Source: an uncultured Phycisphaerales bacterium
Lineage (GTDB): Bacteria > Planctomycetota > Phycisphaerae > Tepidisphaerales > Tepidisphaeraceae
DNA length: 64,000 bases
Direction: 5' to 3'
Assembly (NCBI GenBank): GCA_963758525.1
Contig: CAVWVQ010000003.1
Span: 4,704,001-4,768,000, forward strand
The notes beneath the pieces are model-generated. The model had not been told where the DNA came from. It ran no database searches and worked only from the letters and a program-made list of their open reading frames with translations. Each line of letters opens with the position of its first letter. Position 1 is the stretch's first letter. Made by a program: the position numbers and the translations under genes. This document shows, one piece after another, positions 29,599 to 39,415 of this stretch.

Positions 29599-31155
29599 TC
29601 ACTGCGCCGGCGTGAGATTCATCGATCTGGGCTTGCGGTGATGCGGCAATTCTGTCTCCGTGCTCGGCGGCGCAGCGAGAAAAATCGCGCCCAGGCCGGC
29701 GGCATTTTCGTTGGAATCGATTTTGCCGGTGATTCCGATGATCGGCGTGCCGCCGCCGTCGATGACGTACTCGCTGCCGCCGCTGCCCCCGATGTGGCTT
29801 GAGACGTAAGCCTGTGAGGGGTCGAGTCTGTTTCCGACGATCTTCATATAGGTGACTGTGACGGAGTCCATCCCGCCTCCGCCATGCACGTTGAGGGCGC
29901 CGACGGCGTATCCATTGGGCGCTCGTGTCTCAACGATGCCTCCGACCTGGGAGCCGCGCGATTGTCCCAACATCACGCCTTGTGGCGTCAGATAGATTGC
30001 CTGAATCTGAGTAATCGTGTCATTGTTGACGAACTTTCCGATGCCGAATCGAAAGCCGATCAGCAGCGCCCCGGCTGCGGGAAGCTCCTGATAGGTTGTT
30101 TTGCCGAACGCGCCACCGGCGACCTCTGTTGCCATTGCGGTGTGCTGCCGGAGTGCGGCCCGTGCCGCCACGAAGATTTCTCCCCAGTCGCAATATTGCG
30201 ATACCAACGGGTCGAGCGCCTTCAATTCGGTCAGAGTGTGCGCGGCTCGCAGGCCGGTCAGACGCGGAGCAGCCTTTTGCAGCCAGTCGTATGCTCTCAA
30301 CTGGATATGCAATTTTTCGAATCGCTCCGCCGAGGCGGAAAATCGGAACCAGGCGTCGCCGAGCGCCGCCTGCGCCTCCGGCTCGGTCGGCGCCTGCAAA
30401 TCCTGGCGGGCCAGGTCCGCCTTGCGGGCGTCGTTTCCGCCCGCCAGCAGCGGCAGCCCGCGATCCCAGTCTCCGTCCCAGAAGCAGAGGTAACTTCCCA
30501 CCGCGCTCTTTGCGCCGCTGTCGTCGGGAGTGGTCTGGAGCGCGGCGAGCTGCGCCTTGAGTGAGCTAAACATCTTTTCCTGGGCGTCGACCTCGTCATT
30601 TCGCATCAGGCTCATTCCCGCCAGCCGGCTGTTGCGCATCTTGGGAACCGCGGCATGCGCCAGCTTCAGCAGCGCCCGCGCCGATTCGAAATCATCCATC
30701 TTCAGCGCACCGTCCGCCGATTGCAGCGCTGCGGCAACAAAAACCGCGTAGTCGTCCTCCGTAAACATCGCCCCGGCAGCCTTGGAGAACATGATCGTCT
30801 GCATTGCCGGGAGCGTCACCGCAAAATTGGCCGCCAACTGTTGGCAGGCCCTGAGGCCAAGCTCCAGATCTCCCGCGCCGGCGGCAATGTCACGCGCCTT
30901 GCACAGCAATACGTATTGCGCATCCAGATCCGCGCCGCTGCGTGCTGCCTGGACGAACAGCTCCGACGCGAGCGCGATCCGGTCCGCCTGACCCGGCTTC
31001 GCCAGCTTGTCCTTGTACGTCTCCTCGATCATCTGCTCATCCGACGCGACCTGCGGGGGCGCCGGCACCGGCGACCGGTCCGCGCTTGCGGAAACAGCCA
31101 GCAGGCCGTGCAGGGCGAGCGCGACAGAAATCACTTTTCGATTGAAAATGGGCAC
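29599..31155 (-). CDS. Secreted helical-repeat protein with C-terminal jacalin-like beta-prism domain
   Basis: Signal peptide; 'GSYLCFWDGDWDRGLPLLA'; three GG-rich blades ('GGAFG', 'GSQVGG', 'IGGSGG'). Confidence 0.6.
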   Translation of the reverse strand: MPIFNRKVISVALALHGLLAVSASADRSPVPAPPQVASDEQMIEETYKDKLAKPGQADRIALASELFVQAARSGADLDAQYVLLCKARDIAAGAGDLELGLRACQQLAANFAVTLPAMQTIMFSKAAGAMFTEDDYAVFVAAALQSADGALKMDDFESARALLKLAHAAVPKMRNSRLAGMSLMRNDEVDAQEKMFSSLKAQLAALQTTPDDSGAKSAVGSYLCFWDGDWDRGLPLLAGGNDARKADLARQDLQAPTEPEAQAALGDAWFRFSASAERFEKLHIQLRAYDWLQKAAPRLTGLRAAHTLTELKALDPLVSQYCDWGEIFVAARAALRQHTAMATEVAGGAFGKTTYQELPAAGALLIGFRFGIGKFVNNDTITQIQAIYLTPQGVMLGQSRGSQVGGIVETRAPNGYAVGALNVHGGGGMDSVTVTYMKIVGNRLDPSQAYVSSHIGGSGGSEYVIDGGGTPIIGITGKIDSNENAAGLGAIFLAAPPSTETELPHHRKPRSMNLTPAQ

Positions 31156-31294
31156 AATCTCTCCGCCAAAAGGAGCCGTTCCGGGTGGAGGTTTAATCTA
31201 CATTCCGCGTGATACAGAGACAAGCGTGATCTGTGACGACTGCGATCAGTGGCATCATCGTTGCATGCCACTGTCGCGATGGAGGAACTGTCGT

Positions 31295-32487
31295 ATGCCG
31301 AAAAAGAAGGCGGAGCGGAGCGATGACTCGGTATCACCGGTGGCGGTCGCGCCTGAGAATCTCGACAGCGCGAAGGCCGCCGGCCTCCGTTACGTCAGCC
31401 AACGAGGACCCGGCATCGCGCGCGCCGGCGCGGTACAGGTTTTGTCTACTTCGATGCATCAGGCAAGCCGCTGCGCAATCGCGAGGCGTTGGAGCGCATT
31501 TGCGCCCTGGTGCTGCCGCCGGCATGGACGGACGTGTGGATCTGCCCGGACGCGCGGGGACATCTTCAGGCCGTCGGACGCGACCAGCGCGGGCGGACGC
31601 AATATCGTTATCACGCCAGGTGGCGCGAGGTGCGCGACGAAAACAAATACGAGCGGATGATCGATTTCGGCAAAGCGCTTCCGAAGATTCGCCGTCGGGT
31701 TGCCCGCGATCTGCGTCGCAAGGGACTTCCGCGGGAGAAGGTGCTCGCGACGGTCATCAAACTGCTGGAGACCGCCCTGATCCGTGTGGGCAATGAACAA
31801 TACACGAAGGAGAATCACTCCTTCGGCCTGACGACGATGCGCAATCGCCACGTCGAAGTAAAAGGCGCGTCGATCCATTTCGAGTTTCGCGGCAAGAGCG
31901 GAGTCGATCGAGCGGTCGACCTGGAAGACCGCCGGCTGGCGAAGATCATCAGTGCTTGCCAGGATCTGCCGGGGCATGAGCTGTTTCAATATGTGGATGA
32001 GAGCGGCCAGCGACATACCATCGGGTCGGAGGATGTGAACGGCTATCTCCACGAGATCGCCGGCGGTGATTTCACCGCGAAGGATTTCCGCACCTGGGCC
32101 GGCACGGTTCTGGCGGCGATGGCGCTGCAGGAATTTGAGCGGTTCGATTCAGAAACGCAGGCGAAGAAGAACGTCGTGGCCGCAATCGAGTCGGTCGCGA
32201 AGCGGCTTGGGAACACGAAGGCCGTCTGCCGCAAGTGCTACGTTCACCCCACTGTCCTGAATTCCTATCTGGATGGCAGTCTGCTCAGTGCGCTGAAGTG
32301 CCGCGTTGAAGGGAAGATCAGGTCATCGCTCCATGCCCTGCGGCCCGAGGAGGCCGCCGTCCTCGCCATGCTGCAGGCGCGCTTGCGCGGGAAGCCAAAT
32401 CGTCGCGCAGTGTCAGGCAGCCAGCCGGGACAAAGGCCGCCTGAAACTGCTGGCTGCGCGTCGTCGCCACGTCCGTTTGCGCAATAG
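31295..32487 (+). CDS. Bacterial DNA topoisomerase IB (frameshift near 31422)
   Basis: 'AGLRYVS', 'PPAWTDVWIC', 'GRTQYRYH', 'IRVGNEQY', 'FRGKSG', 'AKDFRTW', 'VCRKCYVHP'. Confidence 0.9.
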
Positions 32488-32542
32488 CCAATGATCTGAT
32501 CGTTTTGAAACGGTCCCGCCAATCCGGCATACTCTGGTTTGA

Positions 32543-33742
32543 TTGCGGCGGAGGAAAAAGAAGCTTCGCTCTGGTTCGGCGCCCCTGGTTGGCGTTCTGG
32601 TGGACGGTCTTACCGGGTATGGCCGTGCAATTTTGCGGGGCGTAACGCGATATTCAAATCTTCAACGTCGTTGGTTGCTGCACAAAGACCTCAAGTGGTG
32701 GTTTGAGGCGGAGGGGCTGAATTGGCCGGATTTCGATGGGATTATTCTGACCGGTGGATCGCCCTCAGTGCTGAAGCAGGCAGTCGCGGACTGCAGAAAC
32801 GTTGTGCTTTGTTCCGGAGATGGCGACCCGCAAATTTGCCCCGTGGTTTCCCTCGATGACCATGCGGCGGGCGTTGCGGCGGCCGAGCACTTGATCACTT
32901 GCCGGCTCGAAAAGTTTGCGTTCTACGGACTGCAGGCGCGGCTGGTCAGCCGTCATCGGCACGCGGGCTTTAGTCAGACGCTGGAGGGCCATGGGCTGCA
33001 ATGTCTCGTATGCCCTGTAACACCTTCAGTTCAGGATTGGACGACCCATGTCCACCGGCCCGCGCTGGTTAACTGGCTGCGCGATTTGCCAAAGCCGATC
33101 GGGATCATGGCGATCGATGATTTTTTCGCGCACGATCTTGCCGACGCTTGCGTGGAGGCGAACGTCGCGGTGCCGGAGCACGTCGCGATTATCGGGGTGA
33201 ACAACGACGACTTGCTGTGTGAGGGCGCGTGGCCGACGCTGACAAGCGTAAACGCGGATTACTCGCGCATGGGATACGCCGCCGCCCACCTCCTTGAAAA
33301 GCTCCTGGCTGGAACGAAACTGACGGCCGAGGAGCGGGTGACCCGCCTTCCGCCGCTCGGAATTATCCAGCGGCAAAGCACGAGCTTCTCGTCCGTCAGC
33401 GATCCGACCCTTGCAGAAGCATTGAGTTTTATCCGGCAACATGCCTGCGACCCCTGCTCCGTGGAAGACGTGCTCGATGTTGTGCCGGTCTCGCGCAGAT
33501 GGCTCGAACGTCAGCTCTCTTCGCAGATCGGTCACAGCCCCTATGAGGAGATCATCCGGGTGCGCATCGAAACCGCCCGGCGGCTTCTGACGCAATCGCA
33601 GTTCAAGATCGACGATATCGCCCATCGCTGCGGATTTGGTGACATCAAGAATTTTTACGTCGCATTCAAGAAGCTTGCCGGCATGACACCCGCCGCGTTT
33701 CGCCGGACGGGCTCCGCGGGGACGCCAAAGAGTCAGCGATAA
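32543..33742 (+). CDS. XylR-like regulator (LacI-type sensor plus AraC HTH)
   Basis: 'YGRAILRG', 'LPKPIGIMA', 'VPEHVAIIGVNND', 'IAHRCGF...FKKLAGMTPAAFR'. Confidence 0.88.
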   Translation: MRRRKKKLRSGSAPLVGVLVDGLTGYGRAILRGVTRYSNLQRRWLLHKDLKWWFEAEGLNWPDFDGIILTGGSPSVLKQAVADCRNVVLCSGDGDPQICPVVSLDDHAAGVAAAEHLITCRLEKFAFYGLQARLVSRHRHAGFSQTLEGHGLQCLVCPVTPSVQDWTTHVHRPALVNWLRDLPKPIGIMAIDDFFAHDLADACVEANVAVPEHVAIIGVNNDDLLCEGAWPTLTSVNADYSRMGYAAAHLLEKLLAGTKLTAEERVTRLPPLGIIQRQSTSFSSVSDPTLAEALSFIRQHACDPCSVEDVLDVVPVSRRWLERQLSSQIGHSPYEEIIRVRIETARRLLTQSQFKIDDIAHRCGFGDIKNFYVAFKKLAGMTPAAFRRTGSAGTPKSQR

Positions 33743-33885
33743 GAGCGCGGTTCAGAACCTGTTTAGCCGCGACGCGCAGCGGAGCGTGTCCATCGGCGCG
33801 TCAGGCAATCTTGGATAATGTCCGCTGAAAACGCGGCTGGACTCGCTCCGCTTCGCGTCGCGGCTAAACGCGGCAAGTCGGGCTG
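33743..33885. mobile_element. MITE-like element with long internal inverted repeat (copy 1)
   Basis: Starts GAGCGCGGTTCAGAACCTGTTTAGCCGCG; arms GTTTAGCCGCGACGCG...CGCGTCGCGGCTAAAC; TAA on both sides; right end degenerate. Confidence 0.6.
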
Positions 33886-34114
33886 TAAACCGATCGTCTC
33901 TTCGCATCGCATTGGGTGATCCCGAACTGCACCGCCACTGTCGCAAATCGCCAAGACATTGCCGCTAATCACCCTGGTTGCGTTGTTCGTCATGTGAGAT
34001 ATTTCCCCCCGTGGAGGAGAACCGGCAATCAGCATTGGTCCTGGTTCTTCCTGTCGGCCGGTCAATCGAAAATGTCATGAGGCCGCCGGCAACACGCTGG
34101 CGAAGGAGTCGAAA

Positions 34115-37100
34115 ATGGGTCAATCACGCCGAACAACGTCCGCCGTTTCAAACCAGGGGCGGAGCAAGGCCGCGCGTCGCAGCCGACGCCTGCTGGCGAT
34201 GGGGGCGGCGAGCGCCGTCACGTGCGCCGCGGCGACGCAGGCGGCGCGGGCAGCGACGATTTACTGGGATGGCGCCACGGGAGGCTGGGATTCCGTTGCG
34301 AATTGGTCCACGGCACCGGGCGCGACGACGCCTGATCCCTCCGCGGTTCCAGGCAGCGGTGACGACGCCGTTTTCAATATCACCACCGTAAACAGCGCGG
34401 AGACTGTCAGCTTAAACGCCAACCAATCCGCCAGTTCTCTGACGTTCAACAACACCGGAACAACGCTGCTGCAAGGTGGCGGGACCAACCGCGCGCTGAC
34501 GCTTGGGTTCGGGGGAATCACCGTCAACACCGGCGCGGGAGCGGTCACGGTCGGCTCGACTACGGCCAACCAAAACGCGGCCGTTACGTTAGCCGGGAAC
34601 CAGACATGGACCGCGAATTCCACCAGCGGCATTAGCATTTCGAATGTCGTCACGGGGGCCGCATCAACTGCCATCATTCTCTCGCTCAGCGGCACCAGTA
34701 CGTCCAGCGGCTCTTCTGCCAGCGTTATCAGCAATGGGATCGCAAATGGTGCGACTGGCGGGGTCGTTTCGCTTTTGAAAGTTGGATCAGGCACCTGGTC
34801 ACTTCAGACCGTTGTGAGCAATGGCTTTAGCTACAGTGGGAATACGACCGTCAATGAGGGAACCATTCTCATAGACACGGGGCCCAAAAATGTGGGCACA
34901 AGCTTCAACAACTCTTTGGCTGTGCTCGGCGGCGGCACACTATCGTTTTCAGCGAATCTCAGGACGGCTACGTTCAACGGCCTGCAAATCAACGGTGGCG
35001 CGAGTTCGGTCGTGACCAGTGGTACTAATGCCGGCCTTCTCGATTTCGGAGGAACCGCACACAATCAGGGGATCACCCGAAATGTCGGCGGAACTGTAAA
35101 TTTCTTGCCGTCAAACACGCCCATAGATACGACACAAACCAACGTCAATGGAATTATCGGCGGCTATGCCACGGACGGGTCGAGTTGGGCAGTCAGCGCC
35201 GGTACGGGGACCGCATCCGGCGCTATCACGGCTCTAGCCACGGGCGGTTACACCCCCTCCATCGCCAGCACGACGGCACCGGGGGCTGGAACCAACGTCG
35301 ACTTTCAGGCTTCCAACACCACCGCCTGGACGACGCAGGGCGTTAACAGCCTGCGATTCAATACCGGCGCCGCCAGCAGTCTTAGCGTCGACCCCGCCAG
35401 CACTCTTACGCTCGCCAGTGGTGGAATTCTGGTGACTACAGCCGTCGGCAATAACCTCTCGCTGATCACCGGTGGAACGCTTTTGGGGGCGGCGGGCGCG
35501 GATCTGATCATCATTCAAAACAATACGGCCAACGGCCTGACGATTGCCTCCACGATTGGCGATAACTCGACCTCCGGCTTAACCAAGAGCGGTGGCGGCC
35601 TGCTGACCTTGAACAACGCGGCCAACAGCTACACGGGTAAGACCTATCTCAACGGCGGCATCACGAATGTCGCCGCGGATGCCAGCCTCGGCACTTCCCC
35701 TGTCTCCGCAGTTGCAGATCAACTGACGTTCAATGGCGGCAAGTTGCAGCTGGGCGGCACCTTCAATCTCGCGACGAATCGGGGCATCACGCTTCTGGCC
35801 AACGGGGCGACCATTGACACGCAGGCGTTCAACAGCACCTACGCAGGCATCATCGCGGGCACGGCGACCGGCGGCGCCGGCACCTTCACCAAGGCAGGGA
35901 CGGGAATTTTGACCTTGTCGGGCGCAAATACCTACGTTGGCGCAACAACGATAGCGGCTGGCATACTCTCCTCGGCGCCGGCCCTCACTGGCAACAGTGT
36001 GCTCGGAACTACCAGCGCGATCACTTTCACCGGTGGCACGCTGCAATATGGGAACGCCTTCTCGGTCGCGGCGGGCAACGCGCTGGGCGACTATTCGTTG
36101 AAGATCAAGAACAGCACCGGCGCGATCTCGGTGGACACCAACGGCCAGAACGTCACCTACGGCGGCGCGCTGGACAGCAGCAACACCGGCGGCGTGAGCA
36201 AACTGGGGAGCGGCGTATTGACGCTCTCCGCCGCGAACAGCTATTCCGGTACGACCACAGTCTCAGCAGGCACGCTGGTTCTCTCCGGCAACAACACCTC
36301 GGCCACTGGTCCAACAAACGTCACCGGCACTCTTCAATTAGTTGGTGGCGCAAATAGCGGTGTTACGGCGGATGGCCAGACAAGTAGCGCCATCAGTTCT
36401 TCCTCCGCCTTGACGCTGAACACGAATTCTACGCTCCAACTCCGCAGTGACTTCAACGCCACGTTTACGCCATTGAGCATCACGGATGGCACAACGTTGA
36501 ATTTTGACGTGAATAACAATGCTTCTGCCGTCACCGGCAAAACGCTCACTCTCTCCGGATCGCTGGCCATCAACGCGGCCACGATCAATGTCACGGGTGC
36601 AAATGGCTACACGCTGGCTCTCGGTGCGGTCTCCGGACCCGGCCCCACCTTCAACCCAACGACAGCGAATCTCAGCGTCGCGTCCATTACGCTCAGTGGA
36701 AACACCTCAACATTGAATTTCACGGGACAGGGAAATACGACGGTTGCCGGAAACATCCTCACCGCACCGGGGAAGACGGATCCCGTGACCTTCAACCAGA
36801 CGGGCACGGTTACACTCGACGGTGCGGAAACGGTGAATATGGCGGGAAGTTTTGCCAACAAAGTTAACAGCGGCACCGCGGTGCTTAACAACAAGAGCGC
36901 ATTCCTTGCTGCCGTTGCCTTAGGCAACGCGTCGTCAAGCAGCACGGCAGCGGCAACGCTCTTGCTCGGCGGCACAGACTCAGCGGGTCTCACGGGCGGA
37001 ATCACCCTGAATCAGAACATCACTGCCGAGGATACGACCAGCGGAACACTGACCATTGGCGGGCAGAACACCAGCGGCGCCAATACCGTTTCGGGGACGC

Positions 37101-38149
37101 TCACGCTGGGTGCGACTTCCAACACAGGCAAGAACGTCACGCTTGTGTCTGCCACGGGTGGCGAGGTCGACTTTACCAACACCATCAGCAGAAATGGTAC
37201 TGCGACAACCGGCGGCATCACGGTGGGCGACGCCAGCGGTAACTATAACGGGACAGTCAAACTGATGAAGGCCTCCAATACGTATGTCGGCGGGACAACG
37301 ATCTCATCCGGCACGTTGGCCCTGGCGCCCAGCTCCGGCACGAACAATATTTCCGCGTCCAAGTACATCAATGTGGGCAGCGGCGCCGGCTTGAATGTCA
37401 CTGCCGTCAACGGAACCACCAACAACAGTTTCGCATTGGCTGGCACGGGAACCCAATCCGGCAGCCAGGTCCTTGGCGGCAGCGGCATGGTGACCGGAAC
37501 CGTTACTGTTGCAAGCGGGGCCACGCTTTCGGCAGGCACGACTGCGGGAATTGCCAATGTTCCCGCTACCGGTTCGTCGAACATTATCGGCACCCTCTCG
37601 ACAGCTTCCCTGAACTTTAATTCGGGCGGAAATCTCGCTATCAAGGTCTCGGATGGACAGCCGACGGGAACTGCATTTACCGCCGGAACCGACTTCGACA
37701 CCATCGCGGCGCCAGCGGGCGCGCTCACGGTGACCAGTGGATTCAATGTTGAGCTGTTGGCCGATGGCACCGGCACCGGCTCCAAGTCGGTAAATTTTGA
37801 TCCGACCGCAACCTATACTTTCCAAATCGCATCGTTCGCGTCGTCTAGTGGCATCACGGGTTCGGGATCTGGCGACACCGTCTTCCTCACAAGCGGCACC
37901 GCCCAGGCCGCCAGCCCAGGCGTCTCAGGATTGTTCACACTCGATACCAGCAATTTCGTCGCTGCCAATCCCGGTACTTCCGCAGGCAGCTTCTATCTGG
38001 AAGAAATTGGCGGCGGATCGGGCGGCGGATCGCTCGACGTGGTCTACAACTCCGCCCCCGAGCCGGGCACGGCGATGCTCTTCCTCGGCGGGGCCATGCC
38101 GATGCTGATCGGTCGGCGGCGCTGCAGGAAGGTCGCAAACCCTGAATGA
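34115..38149 (+). CDS. PEP-CTERM surface protein with autotransporter-associated beta-strand repeats
   Basis: Repeated 'LTKSGGGLLTL...NSYTGKT' and 'KAGTGILTLSGANTYVGATT'; C-terminal 'APEPGTAMLFLGG...GRRR'. Confidence 0.92.
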   Translation: MGQSRRTTSAVSNQGRSKAARRSRRLLAMGAASAVTCAAATQAARAATIYWDGATGGWDSVANWSTAPGATTPDPSAVPGSGDDAVFNITTVNSAETVSLNANQSASSLTFNNTGTTLLQGGGTNRALTLGFGGITVNTGAGAVTVGSTTANQNAAVTLAGNQTWTANSTSGISISNVVTGAASTAIILSLSGTSTSSGSSASVISNGIANGATGGVVSLLKVGSGTWSLQTVVSNGFSYSGNTTVNEGTILIDTGPKNVGTSFNNSLAVLGGGTLSFSANLRTATFNGLQINGGASSVVTSGTNAGLLDFGGTAHNQGITRNVGGTVNFLPSNTPIDTTQTNVNGIIGGYATDGSSWAVSAGTGTASGAITALATGGYTPSIASTTAPGAGTNVDFQASNTTAWTTQGVNSLRFNTGAASSLSVDPASTLTLASGGILVTTAVGNNLSLITGGTLLGAAGADLIIIQNNTANGLTIASTIGDNSTSGLTKSGGGLLTLNNAANSYTGKTYLNGGITNVAADASLGTSPVSAVADQLTFNGGKLQLGGTFNLATNRGITLLANGATIDTQAFNSTYAGIIAGTATGGAGTFTKAGTGILTLSGANTYVGATTIAAGILSSAPALTGNSVLGTTSAITFTGGTLQYGNAFSVAAGNALGDYSLKIKNSTGAISVDTNGQNVTYGGALDSSNTGGVSKLGSGVLTLSAANSYSGTTTVSAGTLVLSGNNTSATGPTNVTGTLQLVGGANSGVTADGQTSSAISSSSALTLNTNSTLQLRSDFNATFTPLSITDGTTLNFDVNNNASAVTGKTLTLSGSLAINAATINVTGANGYTLALGAVSGPGPTFNPTTANLSVASITLSGNTSTLNFTGQGNTTVAGNILTAPGKTDPVTFNQTGTVTLDGAETVNMAGSFANKVNSGTAVLNNKSAFLAAVALGNASSSSTAAATLLLGGTDSAGLTGGITLNQNITAEDTTSGTLTIGGQNTSGANTVSGTLTLGATSNTGKNVTLVSATGGEVDFTNTISRNGTATTGGITVGDASGNYNGTVKLMKASNTYVGGTTISSGTLALAPSSGTNNISASKYINVGSGAGLNVTAVNGTTNNSFALAGTGTQSGSQVLGGSGMVTGTVTVASGATLSAGTTAGIANVPATGSSNIIGTLSTASLNFNSGGNLAIKVSDGQPTGTAFTAGTDFDTIAAPAGALTVTSGFNVELLADGTGTGSKSVNFDPTATYTFQIASFASSSGITGSGSGDTVFLTSGTAQAASPGVSGLFTLDTSNFVAANPGTSAGSFYLEEIGGGSGGGSLDVVYNSAPEPGTAMLFLGGAMPMLIGRRRCRKVANPE

Positions 38150-38158
38150 AGTTGCTTC

Positions 38159-38225
38159 CGTGTAGCCGGCGAGCATGCCCGCCGATTGACCCGCGGGAAC
38201 GGCGAGCATGCTCGCCGGCTACACG
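38159..38225. repeat. GTAG-family REP doublet
   Basis: CGTGTAGCCGGCGAGCATG...CATGCTCGCCGGCTACACG; each arm is itself palindromic. Confidence 0.75.
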
Positions 38226-38266
38226 AAACGCGACGTTGATCATGCACTCGCGACAAGGATTTGTTT

Positions 38267-39331
38267 ATGACCCGCCAACGCGGATTATATATTCTCGATC
38301 CGAGCTCCTTCAGGCTGATCTACGGGCCTGAGGAACAACAGGACATCGCTGCCCTGGTGGACATCATTGCTCCGCTCCTCTCGGCCCGCGAGATCCGCGC
38401 GAAGCCGGAACTGCTCACCAACACGGACGTGATCTTTACCGGCTGGGGCGGGCCGCTTTTGAACGAGGCATTCCTCGCATCCGCCCCGCGACTGAAGGCG
38501 GTCTTCTACGGGGCAGGATCTGTCGGGCCGATCCTGACGCCTGCGGTCTGGGAGCGCGGCATTGTTCTGACCAGCGCCCTGGAAGCCAATGCGATTCCGG
38601 TGGCGGAGTACGCGCTGGCCACCATCCTCTTTTCTCTCAAGCACGGCTGGAGACTTGCCCGGCAGACGAAGGAACACCGCCGCCATCCCGATCGCAACCA
38701 CGTTCCCGGCTGCTACGGCAGCACCGTCGGGCTCGTCTCGCTCGGAGCCATCGCCAGGAAACTGGTCGAGCTGTTGCGGCCATTCGATCTGAATGTGCTG
38801 GCGTATGACCCGTTCCTCGCGGAAGAAGATGCCCAAGCACTCGGCGTAGAGCCAGTATCGCTTGCGGAGTTGTTCGAGCGGTCTGACGTGGTCTCGCTGC
38901 ACACGCCGTCTTTTCCCGAAACGCAAGGCATGATCACGGGCGAACAGCTTGCTTCGATGAAGCCGGGGGCGACGTTCATCAACACGGCCCGGGGCCCGCT
39001 GGTGCGCGAGGACGAGATTATTGAGGTGCTCTCCCGCAGGCCGGATCTGCAGGCGGTGCTGGATGTGACAATCGAGGAGCCACCCGAAGCCGGCTCGCCG
39101 CTATACGCTTTGGACAATGTGCTGCTCACGCCGCACATTGCAGGTTCTGCCGGCCCGGAGTGCCGGCGGATGGGTCGGTATATGGTGGAGGAGCTGAAGC
39201 GATATCTTGCCGGTCAACCGCTAAAACACGCATTGAAACAAGAGTCGGTGATGCGGACGTCGCATCGTCCCGTTGGAATCCCTGTCCGGCCGCCGCTTGG
39301 CAGTGCCGAGCATGCGCGCACAGCCGTTTAG
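38267..39331 (+). CDS. D-isomer-specific 2-hydroxyacid dehydrogenase
   Basis: 'VGLVSLGAIAR', 'DVVSLHTP', 'FINTARG', 'AVLDV', 'LTPHIAG'. Confidence 0.92.
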   Translation: MTRQRGLYILDPSSFRLIYGPEEQQDIAALVDIIAPLLSAREIRAKPELLTNTDVIFTGWGGPLLNEAFLASAPRLKAVFYGAGSVGPILTPAVWERGIVLTSALEANAIPVAEYALATILFSLKHGWRLARQTKEHRRHPDRNHVPGCYGSTVGLVSLGAIARKLVELLRPFDLNVLAYDPFLAEEDAQALGVEPVSLAELFERSDVVSLHTPSFPETQGMITGEQLASMKPGATFINTARGPLVREDEIIEVLSRRPDLQAVLDVTIEEPPEAGSPLYALDNVLLTPHIAGSAGPECRRMGRYMVEELKRYLAGQPLKHALKQESVMRTSHRPVGIPVRPPLGSAEHARTAV

Positions 39332-39415
39332 TTTTTCCTTCAGCCCCAGGTCGTCGAGGAGATGGGGAACAGGCAGCTCTTTGTCACCCGTACTCATATC
39401 ACGTCCGCGTGGTTT

